DNA from: Felis catus
Taxonomy: Eukaryota
Direction: 5' to 3'
DNA length: 64,000 bases
NCBI RefSeq assembly: GCF_018350175.1
Contig: NC_058368.1
Location: 9,672,001 to 9,736,000, forward strand
The notes under the pieces were generated by a model, which did no database searches, had not been told where the DNA came from, and worked only from the letters and a program-made list of their open reading frames with translations. The position numbers were made by a program, and so were the translations under genes. Below are positions 62,085 to 64,000 of this stretch, piece by piece. Numbering within the stretch: the first letter of the stretch is position 1; each line of letters opens with the position of its first letter.

Positions 62085-63023
62085 CTCACGCTGCAATTCT
62101 TAAGGACACAGAAGCAGCAGCACATATTTTTCTGATGCTTCTCTGCCCTTTAGAATCAGGTAGCTTATAAGTTCCTCTGATTGGTCATATTTTTGTTTTG
62201 CCTGGAAGCGTTCTGAGTCCAAGTAAATAGGAGGAGGAAGTCCTGAGAGGGCTCACAGCGATGGCAGAATGTGCTTGCGTATCAAGAGGAGAACCCAGGC
62301 AGGAAAGGAAGGAGGAGGGAGGATGCCTTCCAGCTCCTTCCTATAGTCCTTACAAGGAAGGGGAAGGAACTCCCGCTCTTTTTTGCGCCTACTGTGAACT
62401 TGGCACTGCTCCATTGTTTTGATGCTGCTTTGGGTCCTTGCGCCGGCCTCGGAAGCTCTGTGGGCCTCTCCACCACGATTCTACAAAGACACGCAGGGGC
62501 TGCCGGAGCCCTGGAGCCTTTACCACTCGCGTGCTGTGAGCCTGCAGGTGCCGTACGAAGGCCACCAAAGCCACGACGACCGTTGTTCCTCCTGCAGCCA
62601 CCCTGCTCTCCGGTGTGTGCCTGGCCCTGCACTATGCCCAAGTCCCAGGAAGGCTGACTTCAGACGGCAGGGCAAGGCCCGAGCCTCCCTGAAGCTCGGG
62701 TTGCGGGGTAGGGAGGGGACTGGGACTGGATGTCCTTGCTCTGAGGAGCCTTTCACCTCAACTCTTCACCCCTTCCTGGGCATGGCACTGGCACCGGAGG
62801 GTGTTTAATGAAGCTGCCTGTTTTTCTCCACCTTTAGGAGTATTCCCTCACACCCAATGGTTATTTTGTTTTAGGACTTTTCTTCTCTTACCTGGTTATG
62901 TTCAGAAAACCTTAGAAGATGATCTCTGAAACCAAATGAACAAAAATATGGTAAAGCCTGGAATGAGAGATTCTCTGTAACTTTAAGGAACTAAGTTTAA
63001 TTCCACTTTAAAGCTTCTTAACA

Positions 63024-63257
63024 GGGGCGCCTGGGTGGCTCAGTCGGTTAAGCGTCCGACTTCGGCTCAGGTCATGATCGTGCGGTCTGTGGGTTCAAGC
63101 CCTGCGTCAAGCCCTGTGCTGACGGCTCAGAGCCTGGAGCCTGTTTCAGATTCTATGTCTCCCTCTTCCTCTGACCCTCCCCTGTTCATGCTCTCTCTCT
63201 CTCTCTCTCTGTCTCAAAAATAAATAAATGTTAAAAAAAATAATTAAAAAAAAATAA
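63024..63257 (+). mobile_element. CAN-SINE
   Basis: TSD taaagcttcttaaca. Confidence 0.93.
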
Positions 63258-63931
63258 AGCTTCTTAACACAATTGCATTTGTAAATGCACTTAGAGTATG
63301 ACCTTCTTTTCTAAAGTACCCTCTCTGGCCAGGAGGTGAAGCAGTGGTCAAGTTTATTCCATTTCAGGCAGATTCTCAATATCCGTCCCACTTTGCAAAT
63401 AACACGCCATCCTTCTAAAGCCCAGAATCGGGCCCTGACTACAGTTTGTAGCCTGACTCGCTTCCCAAAACTGCTGGCTGTAGCTCCTATGATGATCGAT
63501 ACAAAATCTCTCGCAATCTTTGCTAAAAAAAAAAAAAGAAAGAAAGAAAAAAAAGAAAAAAAGAACGCCCTCCTCAGATAAAACTATCAGATTAGGATGA
63601 AGGGTGTTTCTCATTTTTACACAGTGGAAACCTTAAGTATTTCCTTATCACAGTCAGTAACTTTTGAGAGAAATACTTTGTTCGGTAGCTTAATAATCAA
63701 TAGCCAACCCAAGAGTCTTTCAGTCTTTCAGTTCTGATTCTGCCTTCTTGTGTTTGGGTGGCTCTAAACAAATGGCAATATTTCAGTATTTGAATTTCTC
63801 ATCTTTAAAAGATGGATAGTATTTCGTGGACCCAAAGAATAACCAGTAAAAATCCTGATTTCTCATAAAAATTAAGATGTTTCACGGGAAGCATAACCTT
63901 TCGGGGGGCAATCTGTCAATATCTGCCAAAA

Positions 63932-64000
63932 TTTTTATTTTATTTTTAAAGTTTATTTGAGAGCCCAAGTGGGGGAGGGGCAGAGCAAGGAAGAGGAGAG
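63932..64000 (-). mobile_element. CAN-SINE 3' end (runs off window)
   Basis: T-rich tail then gggggaggggcagag. Confidence 0.7.

Noticed and set aside
1230..63223. Recurrent ORF family (WVAQSVKRPTSAQVMIS..., GQRETEHERGRGRERGRHRIG...) that looks like a multigene system
   Set aside because: These are all reading frames of CAN-SINE copies
1..64000. CRISPR array, rRNA/snRNA genes, endogenous viral ORFs, or a gene name for the locus
   Set aside because: No regularly spaced repeat-spacer array and no recognisable RNA gene or gag/pol/env motifs; without coding exons I cannot identify the gene

Overview
Mammalian (cat-family, Felidae) nuclear DNA. It contains about 60 carnivore tRNA-derived CAN-SINEs, including near-identical young felid SINEC_Fc-type copies and a felid L1 3' end, plus old L1, L2, MIR, MaLR-LTR and hAT (MER/Charlie) fossils. 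I recognise no protein-coding exon, RNA gene or prokaryotic system. Almost all listed ORFs are artefacts of SINEs, microsatellites or GC-rich DNA. Four CpG islands are visible (~6.4-7.1, ~21.7-22.15, ~33.65-34.95, ~54.5-55.2 kb). The best-supported model is a + strand gene starting at the ~34.6 kb island, with a non-coding first exon ending at a GTAAGT donor (35093) and long 5' intron(s) running off the right end. SINE orientation becomes strongly antisense-biased downstream of that island, and the 54.5 kb island may be an alternative promoter. I cannot name the gene. No convincing novel system was found. The most interesting observations are an E-box-dense orphan island, a diverged ~206 bp tandem duplication that retains CCAAT-containing blocks, two GC3-rich coding-like stretches, a twin-primed inverted L1, a strand-specific hairpin and several non-B DNA tracts. 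Repeat family names come from my recollection of consensus sequences, and boundaries are approximate.
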